From Lophium mytilinum (taxonomy: Eukaryota), in assembly GCA_010093605.1 (NCBI GenBank), contig MU004184.1:2179-66178 (forward strand): DNA of 64,000 nt. The letters run 5' to 3'. The notes beneath the pieces were generated by a model. It made no database searches. It saw nothing but the letters and a program-made list of their open reading frames with translations, and was not told where the DNA came from. The position numbers were made by a program, and so were the translations under genes. Positions 1 through 13,769 of the stretch are shown in pieces (within the stretch, counting starts at the first letter, position 1; each line of letters opens with the position of its first letter).

Positions 1-599
1 ACTATTTATTTACTATATTCTTAAGATATATATTAGCTAGTTACTATAATAGATATTATAGTATTTATAGTTCTTATTACTAAATATACTTCTAGAGAAA
101 AGATAAGTATATACCTCTAAATTTCTTTATATATACCTCTAATTTCTCTATATATACCCCCTTATTATTTAATCTTCTAATTAGCTAGAATAGGCTAGAA
201 CTTTACCCGGAGCTCTATTCTTATACTTAACTTACTTACTAATTTTACTTCTCTAAATATAGTATAGCTATAAATAATTATATTCTTATTCTATACCTCT
301 ATAATATACTAAGTCTTAGCCTTATACTTAGGTAGTACTAGTATAGCTTACTATTAAAAAGCTTCTATATTAGATAGTATTATATTAGATAGAATAGAGG
401 GGGTTATTAATTAAAATAGCTAGGGGGGTATAGTAGTAATATAAGGGGCCTAGGTTTAATATAGAGATACTATAATAAGGTAAGATTTTAACTATTTTAG
501 TATACTTCTAGATATATAGATATATATATAGTAATATAATAGCCTCTATAAATAAAAAATAGAAAGAAAATAGTAAAATAGATATAATATATAGCTTTA

Positions 600-781
600 T
601 ATAATAGATCTAGGCCTCTTTTCCTAGCTATATTATGTATTTACTAGGAATATTATTATTCCGCTACTAACATGCCTAGATAGTTCTGCGAGCAGCCTTA
701 TACTCTAGCTTCTTGCAGCTTATCTTATAATATAATTCTACTTCTTATTTAATATACCTCTATACCTACCTGCCTATAATA
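600..781 (+). repeat. 5' LTR
   Basis: Gap-free match to 8727-8908. Ends are TA...TA, consistent with RIP-converted TG...CA. Confidence 0.93.
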
Positions 782-899
782 CTATAAGCTACCTAATATA
801 CTAGAATTTCTTTTATAAGTTTCTAGATACGCGTTATAAAATAGTACTCTAAAAGGCTGCGCAGTAGCCTTACTATTAAGAACTTTAGCTATATAGCCT

Positions 900-1120
900 T
901 AAATTACTTAATTACTTAGTTAAGAACCTATAGGTTAGCTTAGTTAATTACTTAGTATAAGGCCTGCAGGTTAGCTTAGTTAATTACTTAGTTAATTACT
1001 TAGTATATAGCCTGCAGGTTAGCTTAGTTAATAGCCTACGGGTTAGCCTAGTTAATTACTTAGTATATAGCCTGCGGGTTAGCTTAGTTAAAAAGATAGC
1101 CTAGTATATAGCCTACGGGC
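900..1120 (+). repeat. Tandem repeat array in the retrotransposon 5' leader
   Basis: Recurrent units GCCT(G/A)C(A/G)GGTTAGCTTAGTTAA and TTACTTAGT. Confidence 0.8.
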
Positions 1121-4100
1121 GCCCTTAAAATAATCTATAGATCTACTTATATATATATATTTATATAAGCTGTATAGCCTTACTATATACTATATAGACC
1201 TTCTATTATTTACTATAAAATATATAGCCTTACTATAAGCTATATAGACTTTTTATTATTTACTATAGGCTAATCTAACTTAGGTCTAGCTATATAGCTA
1301 CTTTAGCCTAGCTAATTTCTTTCTCTCTCTCTCTTCTATATACTTACCTACTTTTACTAATAACTTTTCTTTCTACCTTCTACTAAGCTATAAGAAGCTA
1401 TTATTTCTTTTACTTAACCTATAGGTTAATAGCTTATCTATTATTACGCGTAAACTATAGGTTACCTACTACTTCTACTATTTTATCTTACTAGCCCCTA
1501 TTATAAGTACTATAGAGGACCTAGTCTTTATTATATCTAAACCTAAGAATAAAAATAAGAGTAAGACTAGTTCTAGTAATATATTCTCTCTAACTTATAA
1601 TCGCCTTAAGCGTAAGTAGAAGTCTTAAGATAATAAGCCCGAGTAGTTTACCTAAAATACTAGCGGAATTATAGTAGATATATAATAGACGTCCGCTATC
1701 TTAGGTTATAGCTAATAGGTTGCCCTTAATAATAGGGATAATAATAATAATAATAATATTAGAGACGTTAATAGTCTATTATTCGGGCTAATTAATACTC
1801 TAGGCAAGAAGTATATTAGTAAAATACTAGTAAATCTTATAGTGTAGACCCCGGGTAACTTTATTAAAGACTCTATATTTATTAACTACTCTACTCTCGC
1901 CCTTAGTATAGATAAGTAACTAGGCCTTATCTAAATTAATAATATAAATAGCTACCTTATACTTATTAAAGCTAACTCTAAAAAGTAATTTTAGATTCTG
2001 CAAGAATATAAGATATAAGCCTAGCGCGAAAAAATTATATATAAGAATACTAAAGAGCGTTGCAACACACTATAAATTAACCTTAACCTTAAATAGAATA
2101 TTATAAAAGAATATAAGAATATAGTGCAGGATAAAGAGAATAAGGTTTATAAGCTCTTAGATAAGAATAAGTAGTTAGAATAAGAACTTTAGAAGGCTAA
2201 GGCTAACCTTACTATAATCTCTAGGGCATCTACTAATAACCTAGTTAAGGTCTATAAAGATAAGTCTAACTAGTAGAAAGCTAAACTTACTAGCTAAGCT
2301 AATAAGCTTTTTTAATTTACTATAAAGACTAAGAAGCTAGAGAAGAAGGTAGAAAAGCTTAAAGAAAAGCTAGAGAAAAGTAAAGTAAGGATATATAAGG
2401 TAAAAGAGGATACTAATTACTAAGCTAAGAACCTCTCTAACTATAAGAAGAACTATAAAAGCGCTAAGGCCGCCTATAACTTTTAAAAGAATAAAGTATT
2501 AGCCCTAGAAAAAGAAGCTATAAAGCTCCGCTAGATAGTTACTACTAATATTATATTATCTACCCTAGAATAATAATCTATACTAGTTAAGGTGTTAGCT
2601 ATAACTACTAGAAAGCCTAATTACCTAGATTCTATTTATTAAACCTTCCCTATTATCTCTTCTCTATTTAGCGGCAAGGATTTCTTTAATAGAAATAACC
2701 GCAGTAATATAGGTAGAGAGAACCTATATAAGCATAAGAAATAATCTAGAAAGTTAAAACCTTATTAAAGTAAGCACCGCAATAATAATAACTCTAGTAG
2801 TTCTAGCAGCTTCTTATCTAGCTTATCTAATTCTAATAGTAGCTACTATAGTTATAATTACAGCTATTACTATTCTAAATATAAATACTTACGCTTACGC
2901 TTACACTTATATAACTATATTACTAACGCACCTAAATTTAACGGTAATAAGATATAATATATAGGATAGAAGGCCCGTATTATAATAAAGTTAGAGGGAG
3001 GCAGTTATAATTTCTACTAAGAGAAGAATAGGCTTATATATATAATAGGCAGGATTAAACTTAACTCTATAGCTAGATAAGCTATAATAGCTTAATAAGA
3101 GGTTAACCCTATTACTACTCTTACTAAGGTATAGCAGTTTATAGATAACTAATACCTTAATCTAGATATAGAAAATATAGCTTATAAGAATCTATACTTA
3201 ATATTCTAAGGGGCGACTAAGTTAATTAATAACTTCTAGAGTCGCATGTAGAAGTAAACTAACCTAATTTCTTACTAGAATAAAAATAAGAATATAATGC
3301 GTAAACTTTAAGAGTAAAGGCTTATCTAGGTTAATAAAGAAGCTACTTTTAGTAAGGTTTTTAATACTATAGTAGAGATAGTTATAGCTATATAGCATTA
3401 CTAGCGTAATACTACTATAGCGGCGCGCGTTAATGCCTTTTATTATACTAATCTAGTAGCCTAAGCCTAGCGCGGAGGTTACTAGCATAGAGAATATAGA
3501 GAATACTAAGGTAGTTATAATACTTATAGAGGTTACTAATTATAGTGCGGCTTATATAACTAAGCCCTTTAACCTAACTAGCCTCTTACTATTATAGCCG
3601 CGGGTGTTAATAATAATACTAATTCTCGCACTAGTTAGCTATAGGCCCTAGTTAATGTCCTAGTAAACTAGAAGCCTCTAGAAGTAATAACTAATACTAA
3701 GCGCGCTATACTGCGGGCTAATAGTAGTTATTACTAATACTATATACCTAGCTATAAAGAAAAAGATAATTCTAACTACTCTATAGCTTAACTTATTACT
3801 AATCGCCCTACTCTATTTTCTTACTCTAGCTAGCTAGGCGCCTTAGCTATTCGCGCTATATAGCAGGGATAGGGAAATACATAGCCCTAGATTATAGCCG
3901 CGACTTAGAGCCTATAGTAAGTAGTACTAACTTAATACTAGTTATATAGTTAATATATAAAGAAATAGTAGGCATAATTAATAAACTAGATAGACTTAGG
4001 CTAGAATCTCTAAATACTCTTAAAATTAGTAAAGCCTTAATTTAGATAGATATTACTCTATAGAATAAGTACTATCTAAAGCTACTTAGAGAAGTCTAGA

Positions 4101-7100
4101 TATATAGAAATAGTAAGCCTATTTCTACTATACCTACTCTTTTACTAATTAATAGTAGAGCTATATATAATTTTATTAATACTACTTATATACATATCTA
4201 TAATTTACCTCTTATCCCCTTACTCCGCGCGTGCATACTTAAATTAGCTAATAGAGGCACTATTACTAAGAAGATTACCTATACTACTCTTATATACTTC
4301 TAACTTAATAGTTATGCTAAATAGATAGAGGCCTTTATTACGGAGCTCGGCCCTGCATTTCTTATTCTTAGATATAAATAGCTTAAGAAGTATAACCCCG
4401 CAATTAATTAGTATAAGAGGCGTTTTAATTTCTTCTAACTATACTATTATTATTACTATATAATATAGAGTACTATAATAACTTAAAGCCCCTTATATAG
4501 GCTAGAAATAGTACTTCTAATAAGTATAAATATATAATATAATATATATTATATATCTACCGGCCTAACTTATATATATATAAAGAAAGAATAGAATATA
4601 AAAAAACTTCTACTATATATTCTATAAGAAATAGATAATAATTATAATATCCTTATCTATAATAATAGCATCTAGGTGCTTATTATCTAATAGGGCACTA
4701 ATATTCTAGAACGCGTTAACGCTATTATAATAACTAATATTAATAAGTTCCTCCGCGCTAAGATATATATAATAAAGGATAAAATCCTCTATAAGCTTCT
4801 AAAAGAATACTACCTATATATTAATATATTTAATTAAACCGACGTAAATACTCTTCTACTAAATTAACCTAGCGTAGATTATAAAATTTACCTACTTTTA
4901 GGCGTAGAAGAGAAGCTTCTATAGGCCCGGCCTTATTTAATATTAAAAGGAGAGCTACAAGTTATTAAGAAATAGATAGATAATAATCTCGCGAAAGGCT
5001 TTATTAAACCCGCCTAATCTAATATCTTATTACTAATCCTCCTTATTAGGAAACTGGACGGCGGCGTATAATTCTATATTAACTACTAAGCTGTAAATAC
5101 CCTTATAGTTAAATTATAATACCTAATTCCACTAATATAAGAAACTATAAACCGGCTTAGTTATGCTAAATAGTTTACTAAGCTAGACGTTATTAGTGCT
5201 TTTAATAGAATTAGAATAAGACTAGAGGATAAATATTTTATAGGATTTACTATACGCTACGGTGCGTTTAAATTAAAGGTTCTCCTATTTAGATTAACTA
5301 GAGGACTAGCAATATTTTAAGGTTATATTAATAACGCCCTATATAACTACCTAGATAATTTCTATTCTATATACTTTAATAATATTCTTATATACTCTAT
5401 AGATAAGAAGAAATACTAAAAGCATATTAAGAAGGTCCTTTAATAACTATATAAGCACGGCTTGCAGGCTAATATTAATAAATCCAAATTTAGCGTTAAA
5501 TAGGTTAAATACCTAGGCCTTATTATTACTACTAAAGGAATTTATATAGACCTAGATAAAGTTAAAGTAATTATAAGCTAGTAAACCCTAACCTATATTA
5601 AAGATATATAAGCATTCCTTAGCCTAGCTAACTTTTATCGCCGTTTTATATATAGATTCTCTAGGATTATATATCTACTAACCTTAATAATATATATAAC
5701 TGGCGATAACACGTTAAAAAAGAATAAGAAAGGCAAATCTTAGCCTAGGTTCTACTAGAATAATAATTACGAGATAGCCTTTAGAACTCTTAAGGCAGCG
5801 TTTATCTTAGTACCTATACTTACCTACTTTTAATATAGTAAAAAGGTCTATATTAAGATAGACGCTTCTAACTATATTATAGCTAGTATTATATTATAAA
5901 TAGAAGAAGACGGCCTTCTATATTCTATAGCCTTCTTTTTAATAAAGATATTACTATAGGAAATAAACTATAAGATATATAATAAGGAGCTTCTCGCAAT
6001 TATTAAAGCTTTTAAATAGTAGAGACCTAAACTAGCTAGTGCTAATTCTAAAGACTCTATAGAAATTCTTATAGATTACTAAAATCTAGAATAGTTTATA
6101 ACTATAAAATAACTTAATAGATATTAGGCCTAATAGGCGGAATTTCTTATAGGCTTTAATTTTAAAATTATATATTAACCTAGAGTATTTAGTATTAAAC
6201 TAGATAGCTTTACTAGACGTTTATAGAACCTACCCTAAGAACCTAATAATCTATAGAATTAATTTTAATATTAAATAATACTAAAAAGCTATTACCTTAG
6301 CCCTAGCGTTGCACTATTAGTTACTAACGCTAAACTCTAGGTAGATAATATAGATAATGCTAAAACTAAATAAATAAGCTATATAATAAGTAGCCTAACG
6401 GCTAACTTTTATCTAAGCTTATTATTTAAAGAATTACCTTATTATTTTATACTTAACCTATTACTAGCTATAAGTTTATATATTAGCTTCTTCTAGCTTA
6501 CGCTAGCTATTATATAAGATGGCGCCCTTCTAGTAAATTAACCTAACTAATCTAATCCTAATAAGGAGCTAGAATAGATACTTAGTAATTTAATTAGTAA
6601 CGCTTATTATATCCCGCTAGAACTAGAGAAGCTAATAGATTCTATAGTATACGCGCTAATAGTACTTATATAGAATAGAGCGCGCACTATTCCTATAGCG
6701 CTATAATAAGTTATTAGAAACCTTAACCTAGGCGTATTTAAGGTTATTAGCAAGAAAGCTAATATAAGGTTATACTATTATAGTTAATTATTTATACTAG
6801 ACTATACAGCCCTATAGTTATAATTAATATAGATCGCCTATATTATACTAGCTAGCGGCTATCTAGGTAAGTATAGTATATATAAGCTTCTCTAGAGGTA
6901 CTATTTCTAGCTAAAAATAATAGATTCTATTAAGTAATTTATAAAAGCCTACTATAGCTATTATTAAGCTAAAGCCTCTAGAAGTAAGAAGTAAGAACTG
7001 CTACGCAGTCTTTCTATAGGAGAACACCGCTAGACTAATATTATATTTAACTTTATTATAGATCTTTCTCTCTATATAAGAAATAGTATTAAATATATAT

Positions 7101-8711
7101 CTATTCTAGTTATAATTAATTATATATCTAAGTAATAATACTATATTCTAATAGCAGGCATAATAGTAAAAGATATTACTAACGCGTTTATCTATAAGAT
7201 CTTCCGCCTCTACGGCCTACTATAATAAATTATTAGTAATTAAGGCACTAATTTTACCTCTAATTTCTAGCAAAGAGTTTATATACGCTTAGGCGTTAAC
7301 CTAAAGTTATTAACAGCCTATTACCCTAAAATAGATAGATAGATAGAGAACGTAAACTTATTTATAAAAGCTTTTCTTAGGCTTTTTATTAACTACTAGT
7401 AGAGTAATTAGGTTAACTAACTTTCTATTAGTAAATTTATTATAAATAATATAGTTAACACCTTAATAGGCTTCTCCCCGTTCTTTTTTAATTATAGTTT
7501 CTATCTATAATAAGGCATTAAACTACTAGCTCTATTAAAATAAGGGCTAGCCTATTACACGCGCGTTAATTTTATACTAGCTAATTAATACGTTGCGCAT
7601 CTTTAAGAAGTACTAGTAGAGGGATAGTAATAGATAACCTAGGTAAAGAATAAGTAGGTAGAGTTCGCGAATTAATATTAGAACCCCCCGCCATTAATAA
7701 AAGTAGATAATTAGGTATAGCTTAACGCTAGAAACATTAAGATAGAATATAAAAATAAGTTGCTAGATTATAAGAATATTAGACTATACTAAATTAAGGC
7801 TATTATTAATTACAGCGTAGTATATAAGCTAAAGCTTCTATAAAACCTCCTTAATTAGTATATATAGCCTATATTCTCTCTATACCTACTCTACCTTAAT
7901 AACTTAGTTCTAGTTCTAGGATAATAATAGCCTAAGCTACTACTAGTTATTATTATTAATAATAAAGAAGAGAAATATATAGAGTACTCTATTAATAAAA
8001 TTATTACTAGTAGATAGTATTATAGAGAATATTATTAAAAACTATAGTATAAGCCCTAGTAGACTAGCTATATAAAGCTAGGGAACTAGAAAAACTAGGC
8101 TATATTTATAGGCGCGTAAAAGCTAGTCTAGAAGTTCTATTAACTCTATTTATAAGAAGATAGCCCTTATATAGACTTTCTAAAGCTACTAGAAAAATAG
8201 TAGTATAAAGATAACCTAGATTTAAATAATACTATATATATAGTAGCCCTATAATTATATAGTTAAAGTTAGTAGGCTTAAAATTAATATTATAAGTTAT
8301 AATATTAGCTAGCTATTTAAAGTAAGGCTAGTTCTTTACTTTAGATTCTTAGTTGCACGGTTTCTACTAAGTTATTAGAGGAGGTTGTTACTTAGTAACA
8401 CCTTAAGTACGCTATTATAAGTATTCCGGCCTATCTAAGATTATAGTTATAGTATAGTATAGCTATAACTCTTACTTAGTATACTTAGATTAAGGGGCTA
8501 CTAATATATAGGCAGTTATTTACTAATAGTAAATTAATAGCCCTTCTATTCTTTAATAGACTTTCTATTTAATATAGCTTAGCGTACCTAAACTCTATAT
8601 ACTTACTATATATAATATAGCCTCTCTACGCGTAATATAGCCCTATTAAACACGGTTTAATTACTACTATATAATTAGTTTACAAGTCTTATTAAAGAAG
8701 GGAGCTTCTTT

Positions 8712-8726
8712 AAAAGGGAGGGGTAG
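8712..8726 (+). other. Polypurine tract of the LTR element
   Basis: AAAAGGGAGGGGTAG directly abuts the 3' LTR. Confidence 0.85.
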
Positions 8727-8908
8727 TATAATAGATCTAGGCCTCTTTTTCTAGCTATATTACGTATTTACTAGGAACATTATTATTTCGCTACTAACGT
8801 ACCTAGATAGTTCCGCAAGCAGCCTTATACTCTAGCTTCTTGCAGCTTATTTTATAATATAATTCTACTTCTTATTTAATATACCTCTATACCTACCTGC
8901 CCGTAATA
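8727..8908 (+). repeat. 3' LTR
   Basis: Matches the 5' LTR and is followed by TSD CTTTA. Confidence 0.93.
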
Positions 8909-9663
8909 CTTTACTATAAGTATAGCTTTAAGTATAGCCTTATATATACTAAAGTAGTAATCTAAGCCCTTTAAGCTAATTAGAAGATTAGATAATAGAG
9001 GGGTATATATAGAGAAATTAGAGAGTATATATAAAGAAATTAGAGGGTATATACTTATTTTTTTTCTACTTTTATTCTATTTAAATTAATAAAAAGGCGT
9101 AGAAGAGTTACTAGAATTAACTTTATCTTTTTTAGTATTAACTAGTATAGCGCCTTTATCTTTTTAATAGCTTTAAGTATACTTATACTTCTTAGATTTT
9201 AATTTAAACTAATTTTTACTAGTAGCCTAGAATAGATTTAATATACTTTTTAAAACTCTATATACTTTATATTATACTATTAAAATAAGTATAGTTTTCT
9301 TATATTATATATAGCTACTAAAAACGCGTACTATTAGAAAGAAAGCTAAAAATAAAGCTATAAAGTTTAATAAGTTTCTAGAAGCTATTATATAGTAGGT
9401 AAATAGCTAGTATATAAATTTAAAAAAAAGCTTAGTATATTATAATACTAAGTATAAAGGTAATTATACTACGCTTTAAGAGGTATAAAATCTAGTTTAA
9501 TATTATACTACTTAGCTACTATTAACCTCTATATTTATTCCTGTAATAAATTTAGCCTCGTTACTAGCTAGATATAGGCACGCGTTCGCTACATCCGCTA
9601 GTTTATACAACCGACGTAGGGGGACATTGCTCATGAATTTCGTCTAATTTTCTGGGGTATCGG

Positions 9664-10699
9664 ATGGCCACTAAAGGCTTCAAATCTGGTTGCGGTTTAG
9701 CCTTCCGTGAAGCTATCGAGGTGCAAGATCACCCACAAGCCTGTGCCGCCTGGAAAGGGGCATATCGTCCCAAATGCTCGGGCATCATCTCTCCACCAAA
9801 CAAACGGCAGGGAAAGGACTGCAGGTCGACAAGTTGTACGTTGCGGAACAGATCAAGTACGCTGATAAATGTTACCTAGCCATGACAATTGACCGAGAGA
9901 AGTACTGCCCGGCAATCATCTTGAGGAAGAACGGTGGTATCGACATCGAGACGGTGGCCAAAGAGCATCCAGAGCAGCTGCTCACGTTCCATTTTTCCGT
10001 TACCAAGGGAATCACACCAGAGATCTTGGATCGAATCGCCGCACCACTAGGAACAGGGCCAGCAGAGACGCACAGTCTCGGAGAAATCTTACGCGGCATG
10101 CACCGGTCTTTTGTCGCCAAAGCCGCCACGCTGCTCGAGATCAACCTTCTGGTGCGGTCGGCTGACGGCTCCTTCACCTGTCCTGATGCCAAGTTCACGT
10201 TCGACAATGCTGCCGAGAACCGGCAGACGGAGCTGTTTGCACTCCGAGACCCTGCCCACGAGCACGCAGACGAGGTTCAAGTTTAGAAGTCGGGGCTCGT
10301 ATATGTGCGGTCAGACAGCAATATCGGGAACGTGGTCAACGGTGCCGGGTTAGACATGGCTACGAACGACGCCATCGCATACCATGGAGGCGCGAGTGCG
10401 AACTTCCTCGATGCCGGAGGACAAGCAACCCAGGCGACTATGCAGAAAGCGTTTGAGATCATCCTGCGAGATGAGAGAATGAACACGCTATTCGTGAATA
10501 TATATGGGGGAATCATCAGGCGTGATATGATTGCTGAATCCATCATAGCGGCGGCTCCAGAGCGGTGGTGAGGCTGCAGGGCACGAATGCAGAACTGGGG
10601 TTGAAGTTGGTGGAAGAGGCAGATCTAGGACTCCATACTGAGTCTGATTTTGGCAAAGCTGCTTAGAAGGCGGTTGAGTTAGCGAGATCAGCTAGGTAG
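9664..10699 (+). pseudogene. Succinyl-CoA ligase beta subunit pseudogene
   Basis: Motifs MLGHHLSTKQT, GGIDIE, ATLLEINLL, DAKFTFD, NIGNVVNGAGL-MATND, ANFLDAGG, VNIYGGI and VVRLQGTN. In-frame TAG at 10284-10286, a frameshift/deletion near 10560, a second TAG at ~10664, and a lost N-terminus. Confidence 0.88.
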
Positions 10700-10739
10700 C
10701 GGTGATTTGGATCTAGGTTCAGTAGTAATAGGATTTCCT

Positions 10740-11765
10740 CAGCACTATCCTTCATGTTGATCTTTCCGTACGAGTCCCATATAAACGTTCTCCACATCTG
10801 ATCCTCGCCAGTCTTGTCCATCATAATTCTATACTTCTCGCCCACGTACAAGGGCAACATGGCTCGGTAAGTAATGGATTGCGGCACGGCTTCCGCTTCA
10901 GCCGCCTTTACTGTGTCTCTCCAGTGATCAAGCATGTTGATAAAATTCGAAGGACCATGTACGACGCGATCACGACGTCCTTCAACTTCACGACACCCCT
11001 CCGGGGAGTAATGGATCTTGTGGCCGTTGGATGTGAGAGCGGAAAAACGGAAAAGAGTGATAAGTTCTTGACACAAGTCGCGTGTACTTGGCCGTGTTTC
11101 AGGTCAGTCAGCTCTTAGAGCAGAGCGTTCTGGAGTTCTCACCCTTGGGAAGTGACGATTACTGTCTGGAATGCCTAGCTTCTACGTAATGGCGTCAACA
11201 GTGGCTTTATAACGTTGCTCTCACAATGCGGCACGGAGAAACGATCCTTTTATCAACCAGAGCTACGCCATTCTCATTCTCAAATTGCTTCTCCACTCCA
11301 ACTACGATCATATCATCGCCATTTCAAAGCTTCTTTGGCTCTGCAGACAAGATCTTCCTCACCTCCCGCACCGTTCTGCCCACGCCGAGAAGGCGATCGC
11401 GTTGGCGGTTCCATTCCAGTTGGCCGCCTGCCCACATTCGTCTCGTATACGGCGCGAGCGGGTTGACCGTTCGGTCTGTGCCATGTCTGCCGAGAACCGA
11501 CTCCAGCTGAGCGGATGTGAAATACACCAAATGATATCCAGGGGGGATCGGGGTTCCGGGGGCGGCGCTGTATCTAGCACAGACAGGTTCTTATGCAGAT
11601 TGGGCCGGCTAAGGGTCAGGCTAGTAATTGTCGTTGGTTGGCGTCGAGAAGCTGCTTCTGGGCGGAGATGGGCTTATTGCCGAAGCGCTGAAGAATGTCA
11701 GCGCAGGCGTCGGCGGCGGAGGCGTTGGAGTCAGTGGGTTTGAGTCGCCGTGAGATATACGCCAT
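10740..11765 (-). pseudogene. HTD2 / mesaconyl(itaconyl)-CoA hydratase-like (hot-dog fold) pseudogene
   Basis: Motifs GTDRTVNP-APYTRRMWAGG, LFRFSALT-NGHKIHY, VEG..VVHGP and SITYRA..PLYVGE are spread over different frames with stops. Possible ATG at 11765. Confidence 0.78.
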
Positions 11766-12314
11766 TCTATACTCCACAACACCAAAGGGCAGGTTTAGAA
11801 GGAGGGTAGACTATTAGTTCCGAACGATGAGAAACAAGCTTTTGATTCCGAGCAGTAGGCCGTTTCCGAACAACCAACCTCCTACGTGCATCAAATGATC
11901 TATAAAAATACGCTTCGCGGTTCAACTCGAGCTAGCTTCATATGACTATTAAGAAATAGACTAGATTAAAAAGGAAACAGCCCTATCTTGAAGTAAATTT
12001 CGTGTTAGAGTCTACGCATGTCATTCTCGTTCCGAATATACAGCATGATGCCGAAGTCAGATTTGCGAGGGGCATGCGGGGTAGGTGCATATAACCGAGA
12101 TCTACATCACGTGACTTGCACCTTTTGGTGGCTAACGTCCTCGATGCTGGCGCACTTCCCCACGATCAAGCAGCCGGACCGGGTGTCCGCGAGTCAAGCC
12201 CTATGCTTGGTACGATGGGGGCTGTTAAGATGAACTGCATCAGTGCGATGACTTGCCATCTTCGCGCTTCTTTTCGGTGTCAGTTAGCTTGTCGTCCTCA
12301 CCAACTCCCACATC

Positions 12315-13769
12315 ATGCAGACAGCTCCCAGCCTCCTCCCTGAGCCGGTTCGTACATCAGAGGCTGCCCAGACGCTCACACGCGAAACATCGAAACCAGA
12401 GGTCGAGCATGTCGAAAATATCAGCCTAGAGCCCAAAACAGCTCCAGACGAAAGAACAAATTCTGTCACCAAGCTAGATTCATTCACAAACATCGAGACC
12501 GTCGCACTAGTTGTCAAAGATGTGAAAGCAGACTTCGAATTAACGCCGATTATCCTCGATGAAGTTCGTCCGGATGAGGTCCTCGTAGAGATGAAGTACA
12601 GCGGCATATGTACGTCGAAGCTTGCTTCTTTTTCCTATTCCAACGAAATGAAACCGCGCGTATAGAGCTTTATCGAAGAGGTTTTGACATTCATCAATTC
12701 AGGCCACACGGATATCGTCCTCCAGCAAGGACTGCTCCCAATGGTAGAATTTCCCGCAATCTTTGGCCACGAAGGCGCAGGCTTCGTCCGCTCGATCGGC
12801 AAAGACATTGGCACCGATCGCTTCCAAGTCGGAGACGCCGTGCTGCTGTCTTTCAATCATTGTGGACACTGCAAACCGTGCGCGTCAGGACACCCAGCCT
12901 CCTGTCTAACCTTCCCCGAAATCAACCACAACGCGGTTCGTGTAAGCGACCGCAGTACGCCCGCGAGGACGAAAAGCGGACAGCCAGTACGGAGTCAGTA
13001 CTTCGGCCAGTCCTCCTTCTCGAAACTGTCCGTTGTGAATGCACGCTGTGTGGTCAAATGTCCGTTTCCGGATATGATGCATATCTATGCTCCAATCGGG
13101 TGTGGCTTTCAGACCGGAGCGGGAACTGTACTCAATGTACTCAAACCTAAGAAGGAGCATTCGCTGGTAGTGTTTGGTCTTGGGAGCGTAGGCCTCGCCG
13201 CGCTTATGGCTGCAAAGTACTTAGGTACTGGGCGCATCATTGCGGTCGATATTGTCGATGAGAAATTGAACACGGCGAAAGAACTAGGAGCTACCGATAT
13301 TCTAAACTCCACCAAGCATGCCGATATTGCTCAAGCAATCAAAGAGACAACGAAAGGCGGTGCTAATTATGCGATCGACTGCACTGGCGTTCTGAGGGTC
13401 ATTGAGAGCATGATCGAGTCTTTGGCTCCGCAAAGCACCGCGGCTTTGGTGGGGGTTCCGCCAGCAGGGAAAAAGATCCAACTTGATCCGTTGGCTTTTT
13501 TGAGCGACAGTAAGAAGCTCATCGGCGTTATTGAAGGCGATTCGAACCCCACCGAGTTTATTCCGCAATTGGTGGAGTTGCATCAAGCGGGGCATTTCCC
13601 AATTGAGCGCCTTTGCAGGACGTATCCCGTGGCTAAGTTGAATGAAGCGATACACGACTTGCATACTGGCGAGGTTAGCATAGATCCATGTTCTTGTTTC
13701 AAAATGTGCTTGTGCTAACGATTGACTTGCTAGGTGATCAAACCAGTAATTGATTGGAGCGAAGTGTAG
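12315..13769 (+). CDS. Zn-dependent medium-chain alcohol dehydrogenase (aryl/benzyl-alcohol DH type)
   Basis: SGIC|HTD (intron ~12610-12702), GHEGAG, structural Zn cluster CGHCKPC...C, GCGFQTGAG, GLGSVG. Second intron ~13674-13733, then last exon VIKPVIDWSEV*. Confidence 0.9.

Larger units (their letters stand above)
600..8908 (+). mobile_element. Full-length, RIP-inactivated Ty3/gypsy LTR retrotransposon (probably chromovirus)
   Basis: 182-bp LTRs at 600-781 and 8727-8908, 5-bp TSD CTTTA (595-599, 8909-8913), and a polypurine tract just before the 3' LTR. Relic motifs run in gypsy order: RT (LPFRL, YFNNILIYS at ~5372 for YLDDILIYS, VKYLG), RNase H (DASN, KELLAI), integrase (TAYYPKIDR), then a chromodomain-like tail at ~7980-8150. 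Stops are pervasive and TpA is in extreme excess. Confidence 0.93.
95..9066. mobile_element. RIP-mutated non-autonomous TIR DNA element (MULE/MITE-like, ~660 bp without the nested retrotransposon)
   Basis: 95-186 (GAGAAAAGATAAGTATATACC...TAATTAGCT) is the near reverse complement of 8974-9066. Flanks are TACTTCTA (87-94) and TACTTTTA (9067-9074), an 8-bp TSD with one C>T. The TIRs contain internal TATATACCTCTAATTTCT-type repeats. No transposase is recognisable. Confidence 0.75.

Noticed and set aside
900..1120. Repeat array superficially like CRISPR
   Set aside because: No unique spacers; eukaryotic context inside a retrotransposon leader.
9075..9600. AT-rich flank as a third transposon
   Set aside because: It looks RIP-mutated, but no termini or protein motifs are recognisable; left unassigned.
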